A DNA stretch of 64,000 nt from Blastocladiella emersonii ATCC 22665 (taxonomy: Eukaryota; Fungi; Blastocladiomycota), in NCBI GenBank assembly GCA_025594325.1, contig JANHCV010000010.1, positions 806,001 to 870,000 of the forward strand. The letters run 5' to 3'. The notes beneath the pieces were generated by a model. That model did not search any database. It saw nothing but the letters and a program-made list of their open reading frames with translations, and had not been told where the DNA came from. The position numbers and the translations under genes were made by a program. Positions 33,968 through 45,088 of this stretch are shown here, piece by piece; position 1 is the stretch's first letter; each line of letters starts with the position of its first letter.

Positions 33968-34289
33968 GGTACCCGTTGGGTCCCGCGGCGGCGCCCAGCG
34001 GGCGTCGCTGGTCGAAATACATGACCTCGCTCTCTCAGCTGCCGCGGCGGTGACCTTGCGCGCGTTTCGCGCTCGCGAGCAAGGCGGGCTCACAGGTAGA
34101 ACACGAATTACAGCGGGAAATCTCCTTCCGCCGCGTCACCGTCTCTAGTAGTCGCTCATAAACAAGTTGCATCAAGTTGGAGAAGAGTAGGATTCATGGT
34201 TCGTGGTCGGGGTATACGTGGCGGAGAGCCGGGACTCTCGCGTCGCAGTCCACGTCAGTGCCAACCCGGCTGCCTGAGCGTCACTCGCT

Positions 34290-34784
34290 CTCTAGAGATC
34301 TCCACTTTGTCGACCTCGGCACAGATTATCTTATGGACCAGGTAGTCGATCATTTGGTCGCCGCGGGTGGGCACACACGGTCGCGAACGTTCGTACATCT
34401 CAAGTGCGGGAATCAATCGTTCGTCGTAACCTGGGCCAGGGGAGACTGGCCTCGGAATGTGAAGTCTCCAAAACTCGAGTACCTCGTCAAATTCGCCTTC
34501 GGGCGCAGAGTGAAGTGACTCGAGGTCGATTTTGGGCTCGAAGCCAAAGGCTCGGCGGAGCTTTAGCAGCTGAATGTTACCTTGGCGTGTTGCGTGACTA
34601 AAGTCCGCGCGGTCGCAATGCTCGAGTACCGCACGCGTCACGTTTGGCACACGCGCGCGGGGCAGGACGCGAAGGTACTGCGCCATGCCGCGCAGGTCGT
34701 CCGGGGCGTGATGTCGAACCGCGCGGACCAAGATCGCCTCAAGGATTTCACCGATATTTTTAGCTTAGGTTACAGCAAGTTCAT
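34290..34784 (-). pseudogene. 5'-end relic of a paralogue of the 30074 LRR gene
   Basis: MNLL* (TAA at 34772-34770 where the intact gene has CAA), then a frameshift, then EILEAILVRAVRHHAPDDLRGMAQYLRVLPRARVPNVTRAVLEHC. This aligns with IIEAVLVRAVKLHPPGDLRGVTPYLGVLPRAIAPKVTRAVLDHC. Truncated before the LRRs. Confidence 0.8.
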
Positions 34785-37173
34785 GGTTCATTCGATGCAT
34801 GAGTGGGGTGTACGAGGGAGGAAGCGCGGAGGTGGGTGGGAAGCAGGGTGGGAAGTCGAACACGATGCGACGCCGCGCGTTTTTCTCCTGCTCGGCCGTG
34901 ACCCCGCACGGCTGTGACCTGCGCGTCGACACGCTCACGTTCCAAATTCCGGCTCGAGCCCCGTACTCATGTTTGCAGGGCTAGTGCGGCGGGTGGCCCT
35001 GAGGAACGACCAGTTGCGGGTGTAGCAACGGAAGCACTAGCCCAACGCGCGGCGATCGACCGCGAGGCACCTGAACTCGGCGCTGCGCAGCTCCGTGCTC
35101 GCGGGTGATGATGGCCTTTGCGGCGATCGACAAGACCATGAAGACCAAGTGCCCGCTCGTTGCGGACTGTGTGTCAGAATTTGACCTCTACGGCGCGCTC
35201 GTCGTGAAGCGTGAACAAGGCCATGGCGTACAGAGGCGCGGCCTCGACCTCGTCGGCGGCGGCCACGGTGGATGCCTTGGTTGTGCATCGCACCATCGTC
35301 GACGTGCTCGATCCGACCGTCGCGGACGTTGTATTCAGTCGACTTGGCGCAAGAACACGTCGAGGCCCTCGCGGATCCACTGAGCGAAGCAAGTGGCCGA
35401 GCGCTTGATCTCAAAAGCGAGACGGGGAACTTAGCGCGTGAGTCGGCCGTCCTGTCGGCGAGCACGAGGCGCGCGGCAGCATCTTGGCCCGCCGCAGCGA
35501 GCGTGGCCTCGACGCCGGCCTTTGCGCTCGCGCAGCGCGTTGTTCGCGATGGTGAGCAGCGCCGAGTCGCAGTACAGCTTGTGGCCATCGACCAGCGCGT
35601 GCTCATGGTTGAAAGTTGACGGCACGGTCGGTCGCGGCTCCAACTCCGCGAGGACGTTGATAAAACTCAGTCGCGCACGTCGAGATCTTGCTGAAGCGTT
35701 CAGAGATTGATGGCATCGTCACCGTGTGGTCGCGCCTCATGACGATCGCGTCGAGCGGCATGAGCGTGTTGTGTTGGTCAAGCTCGGGTCAGACATGAGT
35801 ACGGCATGGTTCAACCACGAGGGCCACAGTCATGGACGAGGCGCAGCGACGAACGGCGGCATACAACAACCAGTCGAGGTTCCATTACGCGCTGTAAGCT
35901 GATCGCTGATGTGAGTAGCGAATAGATGCTTCGCGACCCACGCATACAGCCCGATCTCGAGCCATGTTGTTGTTTGATGCGCAGGAACACGTTGCAGACG
36001 AGGCTGATACTCAGAGAGCGAGCGTGAGTGTGACGGCGGCCGCGGACGCGAAGACGCATCGTGCGTCCGTCCGCCGGGAGCCCGACGTGATCAGCGTGAC
36101 CCCACCGCTAATTGAGATCAGCGCGGACCCTGATCCGATCCCGATCGACCATGGCCTTCTCCGTCACGAGTCCGTGGCCACGGCCGGCCAAGCTCAGTGC
36201 GACGTCGCGCGGTACACATGAGATCGGCGCGAGGAAGCCTCACCAGTGGTGCATGTCGCCGCTGGTTTGCGGCTGCTTCACAAATCCGATGACAAGCAAC
36301 GCGATTGAACATATCGGCGGCACCGCGACCACATTTGCTGACTGGAGCCCGGCTGCGTTCATTGCACGACTCGCCCGCCACGAGCCGCCCCGAGACGCGG
36401 CGAGCGTGCGATCGTCCCCAGAGCGGATGCGAGCCCCCGCTCGCGCACCTCAGGTGACCTATCCCTCCGCGGACTGGATCTGCGTTCAAAAGGGGTCGGC
36501 CACGGGTCGCTCGGTCACCAGCTGAGCCGCTCGGTCGCGAGATTCCCCGCACCCCGCTTTCAGGACACAACCAACCACGAACTGCTCTCTGTTTCGGCCG
36601 AGCCGCAGCGCCTGTGCTCGCTGCGCACACCGCGATGGATCTAGCGCCGCCGCGGCCGTCGGATAGGCCTGCCCCGCGCACAAGGTCCACGCACCAGGAC
36701 GAACCTGCGCCCCTGCAACCCGTTGAGGCAAGCTAGAGGTCCAGCCAAGTCCGCGTTCTGGAGCATCCGAGTCCCACGCTGCGCGCGCGCGCGTGCGAGG
36801 TCCAGTTCAGGGGACGACCCCTTGCGCGCGCGGGTGGACTGCGTGGGCCGCGGCTGCGATGCGGGAAACCCACGCGGGACCGCCTGGCTCCCCCGCGCGC
36901 GCCGGAGCGGCCGGAGCGGTCGGCACGGGGCGCAGGCGTAGTCGGCCGTTTCACGCGCGACGCGGCGCCGATGCTCATCGATCGGGCCTCGGAACCGAGG
37001 GTCGAGACCCCCGAGTCGGCGGGCGGGTCGGCGTCGACCACCACGAGCAAACACACGCCTCACGCAACACACACACGCAAAAAAATCAAGAGGAGAGAGT
37101 ACAGGTATTGAAGACGGAAAAATGAATCAAGTAAAAAAAATTGCGACCACGACCACGACCACGGCTCCGCTCG

Positions 37174-40100
37174 CTACTCCCGCGGCGGCGGGTATCCTCC
37201 GTAACCGTGCGAGGGCGGCGGTCCGTGCTGCTGGTGATGGTGGTACGCCGCCATCGCCGCCGGATCGGCCCCGTCAGCAGCACCGCCCGCCGCAGCGGCA
37301 GCCGCCGCGGCCACGGCCATGTTGCGCGCGAGCGTGCGCCCGCGGAACTGCCGCGCCGAGTAGCGCGTGCGGATCCGCGTCGGCCGCTGCTGCTGCTGCT
37401 GCTGCTGCGGTTGCTGCTCCTGCTGCTGCGCGCTGGCGGCGGAGCTGGACACGGCGACGCCGCCCTCGGGCGCCGGTGCAGCCGCGCCGCTGCCGTCCTC
37501 GCCCTGCTGCTGCTGGTGGTCGCCGCGCTGCCCTTCGGCGCTGTCGCTGCCGGCCGACTCTTCATGATCATCGCTCGATCCCTCGCCGGCGGCGGCGCCG
37601 GCATCGAACCGCGGCGGCGCGTGCGGGTGCGGGTACTGCTGCGCGTGCGGGTGCGGGTGGCGCGGGAACAGCGGCGACGTGGTGGGCTGCTGCTGCTGCG
37701 GGTACCGCGGGTCGTCGCCAGCGGGGCCGCCGGGGTACTCGTCGTAGTACCCGGGCTCCGACGCCGGCGGCGGCGGCGGGTAGCCGTGGTGGTGGTACTG
37801 CGGCGCGTGCGGGTGCCCGTGCGGGTACCCGGGGTGCGGCGGCGGCGGCGGCGGCGCGTAGTGCGGGTGCGGGTGCGAGTGCGGCGGCGGCGGGTGGCCG
37901 CCACGCGCGGCGCTGGCGGGGCCGGACCACCCAGGATGCGGCGCGTGCTGCTGCTGGTGCTGCTGCTGTTGCGGGTGCGCGGGCGCGGGCGCGGGCGCGG
38001 GGACGGGCACGGCGTTCGGGGCAGTGGGCGCAGGCGGTCTTGATGGCGCCGAAGCTGCTGCCACCGCGGCCGCGGCCGCGGCCGACGCGTTTCCGCCACG
38101 GCCACCACGGCCTCGAGCTGCCGCGCCGCGACCCGATGCGGCGGCACCACGGCGCGCGTTACCGCGACGACGCGCCGGGGGCTCGTCGTCCTCATCGTCC
38201 TCATCGTCCTCATCCTCGTCGTCGTCCTCCTCGTCCTCGTCAAACGACGAGTCGCGGCCGCCGCGCGCGTGGTCGGCGGGGTTGGGCGGGATGCCCGCGG
38301 CGCTGCCGGTGAGGCCGGAGCCGCCGGGGTTCCCGTAGCGCGCGGCGGCGACGGCGGCCTGGGCGGCGGCGACCGAGAAGTCGGCCGTGTTGGGGTCGTA
38401 GGTGCCATAGCACGCGCAGTTGGTGCACAGGCTGACGCACACGGACCGCGGGATGCCGCAGCGCGACCGGCGGATCTGGTACTCGACGCCGAGCTGATTT
38501 GCGAGGAGTCAGCGAGATGGTCGCGAGCGAAGATGCGGAGAAGAGAGCGCGTACCGAGCGGATCGTCTGCTTGAGCGACAGGTGCTGGATCAGGTTCTGG
38601 TCCATGGGCCGGTACACGATGTGCTTGGACCGCACGATCTCGACCCAGTCCTACACATCGCGAGCGCACGGAAAGGTGAGCCCGCGATCTCGTAAAGAGC
38701 AACCAAACAAGCCGTACCTCGGACGGCACAATCATCTGGGTGCTGCCCTTCCACGAGAGACACCGGTCGCCGGGCCGCGTCGGGTCGATGGTGAGGTTGG
38801 ACCGGAGCCGGTTCCACTTCTTGCGCGGGAGCTGCGCCGCCTTGTGGGCCGTGGCGAGCTGCTCGGCCGTCACGTTCGAGTAGATCTGGAGCGGCACGGG
38901 CAGCCGCTCGGTCAGCGACATGGCCGCGGGCGGCGGCGGCGGGACGAGGAGCTCGGGCGGCACGCGGCTGTTGCTGTTGCCGTTGTTGTTGCTGCTGCGC
39001 GACGTCGGGGCCGCAGGCGCGGCGGCCGTGGTCGCGGGCGTCGCGGTGCCGCTGCTCCCGGCACTACCAGCAGCGCCGGCAGTGGTGGTGGCCACCGCGT
39101 TGCCGCCCGGGTCGAGCATGCTCGACGGCGTGCGCAGCGACGTGATGATGGCCGCGACCATGAGCGCGTACGTGGCGCGCGTGAAGACAAAGTACTTGCG
39201 CGGCTACAGCGACGACGTGCGAACGAGATCAGTGCTCGTTCGAGCCAGGACGCGTCGCGAAAAACACGTACCACGCGGCGCTTGTGGCCGGGCAATGGGC
39301 CGATCCCGGGCATCTCGTCGGGCATCGGCGGTGGCGCGAGCGCGAGGGTCGGCGGCGGGACGACGGCAGCCGCGGGCGGAGGTGGTGGAGGCGGCGGCGG
39401 CGGCGGTGACACAAAGACAGGTGCAGGCGCCGGCCGCGCGAGCGGGAGGACGGGTGCGGGCGGGAGCGTCGCGGGCGGCTGCTGCGGGTGTGCGCCGGGC
39501 GGCGGCGACATGTGTCGGATGGGCTGGAGCGGGCGGTTCCGGGGCGGCAGCGTGGTGACGATGCGGCCCGCCATGACGTTGACGGCGGCGATGGTGCGGC
39601 TCATCGGGTGCGCGTTGAGCCAGGCCGTGCGGAGGTCGCTCTGCGCCGGGTCGCCGGTCGGCATCATCGAGCCGTCGGGCGCAGGACCGCCGGCGCCGGT
39701 CGCCGACTCGCTGCCGCCCGTCATGGACACGTCACCGTCGGGCGAGTGCGCGGCGGGCGCAACGCCGCCGTCAGCACTGTCACGGTCGAGGGCCGTGTCG
39801 CCGGGCGGCATCGGCCGGCGCGCAGGATCAAAGTCGGGGTGGTGCGGGTGGTGGTACGGCGGCCACGTCGGCGACACGAATCCGTCGGGTCCGTGCGGCG
39901 GCGGCGGCCACGCGTCGGCGGGATCGGCGCCGTACGACCGCGGTGCGTGCGGGGGCGGGGGCGGTGGGCCGCCGTACGGCGGCGGGTAGTCGCCGGGATA
40001 CCCGGAGTAACCGCGTCGCGCGGGATCGACGCGGCGCCAGTCGTCGTACCCACCGTGCGGCGGTGGCGGGGGCATCGCGTGCGGGTGCGGCGGCGGGAGC

Positions 40101-41350
40101 CCGTCGCGGTAGTAGTGGTGGTGCGACGGCGGCGGGTACGGCGCGCCGCGCGGAGGCGGCGGGTAGTCGGGGTCGTAAGGGTGCGGGTACGGGTACGCGG
40201 TACTGCTGCTGCCGGGGTGGTGATGGTGGTGATGGTGCTGCTGCTGGGCGAGCGGGTGCATTGGCGGCGGGTACTTGCGCGCAGCGGCCGCAGCCGCGGC
40301 GCCCGGAGGCGGGAACCCGGCGACCGCGACGTCGCGCTCGTGGCCGGCGGGCGACGCGTCGGCCGAGGGCGGGCCCGACGGCGCCTGGCTCGGCGGGTTC
40401 GAGGGCGGCGCGTCGGGCTGCTGCTGCTGCTGCTGCGCGGGATCCGTGGCCGACTTTGGGCCGCCGCCGTCGGCCGCGCCGGGCCGCGACGAGACCGACG
40501 GAGGACCGGGCGGCGGGTACCCGTACGGCGAGGCCGCGTACGGATCGACGGGCGGCGGCGGGTTACGCGCATGGCGCGCCGCAGGACGGCCGAGACGCGG
40601 CGATCCGTGGGCCGTCGGGTACGGCTCGTCGCGGCGGAGGCGGGCGCCGGGCATGCGCATGGCGGGGCTGTGGCCGTGGCCGTGCGCAGTGCCGCGGTAG
40701 ACGGGCGGGTAGCCGGCGGGTGGGCCGAACGCGTCGCGCGGCGGCGGTGGCAGCGGCGGCGGGTAGTGGGGCGGTGCGGCGGCCGCGTGCGGGTGCGGGG
40801 GAGGGAGATGGTGCGGAGGAGGAGGAGGGCCGAGGGTCGGGTCAGAGTACGGGTAGTGGGGCGAGTAGGGCGGGTGTGGGTGGTCGTCGTGCGGGTGGCG
40901 GTAGGCAGCGGGCGCGGCCGCGGCGCGCGGGTGCTGCGAGGGCGGCGGCAGGTGGTGCGGGTGCGGGTACGCGTCGTGCGGCGACGGCTGGTGGTGATGC
41001 GGGTAGTGATGCGGGTGCGACGGGTACGGTGCAGGCAGTGGAGGGGCGCCAGGTCGGGTGTCCTCGGCCATGGGCCAGTCGGCGCCGTAGTGGGACCCCG
41101 GCTGCTGCTGATGTTGCGGGTGCGAGTGCTGGTGTTGCTGATGTTGCGCGTGCGGCGGAGGGCCCGATCGGACGGACTGCTTGTGCAGCGACGACGCCGA
41201 CGGGTCGCGCGGCGAGGCGCCGTCGTGGTCGGGCGCGCTCGCGCTCGCGGCCGCGGCGGCAGCAGCAGCAGCCGAGTCGCGCTGGTCGCGGTCGCGATCC
41301 CGCTGCTGCATCGCGGGCGAGTCGCGCGGGTCGTGGCCGGCGGGAGACAT
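37174..41350 (-). CDS. Large Pro/His/Tyr low-complexity protein containing an integrase zinc-binding (H2C2)-like domain; may start further upstream at 42555
   Basis: ATG at 41350; introns near 39271-39207, 38718-38655 and 38551-38493; stop at 37174. The ordered region reads KYFVFTRATY...WKGSTQMIVPSEDWVEIVRSKHIVY...QHLSLKQTIRSLGVEYQ...GIPRSVCVSLCTNC. Confidence 0.7.
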
Positions 41351-44171
41351 GGGCGGTGGGAAGCGGAAGCGGGCGGCGCGCGCGGCGGGTCGATGCGGGG
41401 CAGGGTCGCGGTCGAAGCCGGGGCCGACTGCAGCACGCGGCGAGTGGATGAGCGCGGTGCGGGCGGATTGGCGATGCCGTTGCACCGAGTGGGCGGGCGC
41501 GCGGGCAGGGGAGCGATGCAGGGAGAGGCGGAGCGAATCGAGGTCGGATTTGTCAGTGAACCAAGGTGGAGGCGCAATCCGGGGGTGGGGTGCGGGAGCG
41601 GCGAGGGCGCGCGGCGGGAAAAGCGGGGAGCGGGGCTGCTGCGCGCCGGGGGGAAAGAGCGAGCGCGGGAGCAAGCAGGATGAGAGGAGGCAGCAGCAGC
41701 GCGGCGCGCGCGGGAGCAAGGGCAAACGGGCGGCAGCGCGGTGCGGGCCGTGTTGCAGGGAGACAAGGGCGGGCCGAGGGCACCGCGAGTGTTTCCTCGA
41801 GGGAGGCAGGCGGGCAGGCGGCGGGTGGGAGCGGACACGCGCAGCCGCGGCGCCAAGCCCGGTTCGGCCACGACGCGCCGGCGGGCCGCCGCGACCGGCC
41901 ACAGCGCGCGCCGGCCACGCGCGCCGGCCACGCGCTCGTTCGCACGGTGCCGCGCGGCGCGCGCGCGTCGTTTCGATCACGATGACCGCAGACGCTGACG
42001 CTCGAAGCGACACGTCACGCCATGCCACCGCGGCTCACTCCCACGCCGCACACACCCGCGCGCCCCTGCGTCCGAGACACGGCGCAACGGCCTCCAACGC
42101 GTGCAGCGCATCCGCAAACACGGTGGCTCAGCACGTATCGTCACGGGCACGTCACGACGTGTCTCCGGCCAGCGCCGATCGGACACGCACCACCGCGGCG
42201 GCTGAGCGCGGAGCGCGGGCGGGATCGAGATGGGGGTGAGGTGCGAGCCGTGCAAACGCGCCGCCACCGCCGCCACGAGAGCCGCCGGCAGCGCGGGCGC
42301 GCCCGCCACGCCCCACACAGACCGCGGGATCCAGATGCCGCCGAGACCGCGCCGAGACCATGCACCCCACCCCGGCGCGCGTGTCGCAGCGGCATCACGC
42401 GCGACGCGCTGGCCCACGCCGCCACGCCACAGACGCGTCCGGTCGCGGTCGCTGGCCGGCGGCCGGCGGCGGCCATCGCGCTGGCTCGCGCGCACCCGAG
42501 GAGGTGGAAGGAGGGAAGGGAGTGAGGGCAACAGCAGCAGTAAATACATACTCATGAGGCAGGCGGGCTCGGTGGGTGCTGACGCGAGCTGGTCGCTGCT
42601 GGGCGGCGTCAATGATTGAGTTGAGCGAGGAGTCGTCGCTACACGTGCACCCGAGACGGCCGTGAGCGCCTTGCCTTGCGCGCGAGCGCCTCCGATCCAA
42701 ACGTACCTGCCCAAGGCCGGCGTGCAACTCTAAGCTGGACGCTTCGCTGAGCGCCACGGCCACGGAGTGCTGCTGCTCGAGGTGGGCCGAGCGTGGCGAG
42801 AAAGGAGGTGGCGGTCGCGCGTGGGCGGCCGTGGAGTGGACGGGCGGATCTGGCCTGGTCTTGCTGGTCGCTCGGTCGCGCGCGCGAGTCGCCCGAGACG
42901 CGGGATGTGCGCGAGATGAGGAGCGCGGCGGATCGATCGCCAGCGGCGCGTCGACGAGGGCGGGGCGCGGCAGCAGGCGAATCTGCGCGAAGGTGAGAGA
43001 AGGGCGAGCCGGGACAGCGCGCGGTGCACGGTCCACGGTGCGCGTGACGCGGGAGGGGGAGAGAGAGCGAGCGCCAGCAGGCGGGATGGGAGAGAGAGGG
43101 AGTGGCGGGGACGCGGCCACCCGGAGCGGCTCGGGCGCGCGCGGGGGACAGCAGTGTTGGCAATCAACCCAAACCAAACCCGCTCCAAGTCGAAGCCCGA
43201 GCCCACGCGACCTGGCCCGAAACCTCTGCCGAAACCCACGCGCGCGAGGCGGCAATCCGGCCAGCATCGGCCATGGCCGTGCACGCCGTGGCCGCGCGAG
43301 CCTGAGATCGGCCCACCTGCCCCGCTGCCCGCTGCCCGCTGCCCGCGGGTGTGTGTCGGCGCGCGCACGCGTGCCCGCCATCATGCCTCAACACGGTGTG
43401 TGCTCCGCCGCTGCCGTCCAGCTGTGTTTTCACCTCCCTGCCCGCTTGCGCGCCGCACCGCCGCGCGCAGCTCTCCTCCTGCTGCCACCGCGGCCCGCAC
43501 TGTTGGTGGCGGCCACGCCCACAATCCAGGTCCTGTCTGATCGGACGCCGATTGCCCCGGCGCTTCCCCGTCGCGACGCGACCGACGCGTGCCGCGGCCT
43601 CCTCCTCGTCCAGTCCGGCCCCACCTCGCACGCACACGCACACGCTCCGATTTCTTCTCCGTCGCGTCGTGGATGTGCGATTACAATCCTGAAACCCGGA
43701 CGCAAGGCCACGCAACCGCGATCGCCCCCGATCATTGGCCCGCAGCCGTGGCGCGAGGTGACGCCTGCCAGTCTGATGCTGGTCGTCCCGCACACGTGCC
43801 GCGTGTCTCTCACCGGCCCGACGTCACGCGTCAGGAGACGCGCCGCGCGTCCGCGCGTCATCCCGCCGACTCGTCGCGCTCCCACGTCCGCGTTCGGGGT
43901 CCGGCATCCGACAGCCGCCCGCGTTGTCGCCTTCTGCCTCCCGCCGCGGCCCAACGTTCCCACGCTAGTGTTCGTCTAATCACGACCGCGCGCTCTTCAT
44001 GTTCGCGCCACACGGCCGGTGACGTGAGACGCGCGTGCGTCCGCGAGCGGGCGGCGGGAGACGCGCGCAACGCATTTGCGCCACTCGCTCCGCCGCCCGC
44101 CTCCCCCCCTCGCGCGCCTCCCCCTCGCCCCGAACGCGTCTCCCACTTGCTGCATTGCGCACCCGACAACC

Positions 44172-45088
44172 ATGTCTGCATCCGACGCGCTGCCCGAGAC
44201 CGAGCCCGCCGCGCTCACCGAGCCGATCGTGGCGCAGCTCGAGGCGCTCTACACGGACCCGCGCGTCGTCGCCCGCTACGAGGCGCGCTTCCGTGCTCAT
44301 GCCGCATCGCATGCGCTCAAGCACTCGGCCAAACTGCACGCCGCGGACGAGACGCCCGACACGGTCAAGCAGGTGCTGCGCGGGCTCGCGGCCGTGACGA
44401 CGGCGAACGGCAAGCCGCTGGCGGCCGTCGCGCAGCTGTACGAGGTCGAGCCCGACTACTACGAGTGGTCGCTCGCCCGCCGCATGTGCCGGCTCGCCGC
44501 CCCGACGCGCAACCATTTGTGCAAGACCATCGTCATGGAGAACACGCGGTGCCCGCACAAGTCGATTGATGACCCGCGCTTCTCGCGCTACTACGCCGTC
44601 ATCGTGCAGTACACGGGCAAGCTCAACACCCAGAAGCTCTTCAACTTTGCCCGCGACCTCAAGGACCGCACCATCTCCAAGAAGAACTACAACTTCCGAC
44701 TCGTCGACCCCGCCGTGTCCGAGGAGCTCACGGGATACGGGAACAACGGGGTCTCGCCGTTCGGTACGCTCACGGCTTGTGCGCTCGCGTGTTGGTGCTG
44801 ATGTCCTTCGCGTCGCTAGGCATGAACTCGAACATTCCGATCATCCTCGCCAAGTCCATCACGGAACTCAGCGTACACTTGTCTCTCTCTCGCGCGCGCG
44901 CCCGCAGCAGCTCCTCTGCTCCCATCCCCTCCTTGTCCGCCTGCAATCCGAAGCTGACCACGACCACCGATCCTCGCGTCTAGCCCGCCATCTTCTGGCT
45001 TGGCGCCGGCCACGTCGACTGGAAGGTCGCCGTCCCGACCACCGAGTTCATCGAAGCCACGGGCTGCTTTGTCGCCGACCTCGAGTAA
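44172..45088 (+). CDS. YbaK/aminoacyl-tRNA-editing-domain protein (eukaryotic YbaK-like)
   Basis: Exons 44172-44763, 44820-44872, 44984-45088. Motifs DYYEWSL, HLCKTIVMENT, VIVQY...N, NFRLV...ELTGYGNNGVSPFG, FWLGAGHVDWKV. Confidence 0.85.

Noticed and set aside
34950-36700. Coding-like minus-strand scraps (FINVLAELEPRP, FAQWIREGLDVFLRQVD, EAAPLYAMALFTLHDERAVEVKF)
   Set aside because: Many stops and frame changes, with no family recognisable by eye. Not annotated without a tBLASTx/HMM search.
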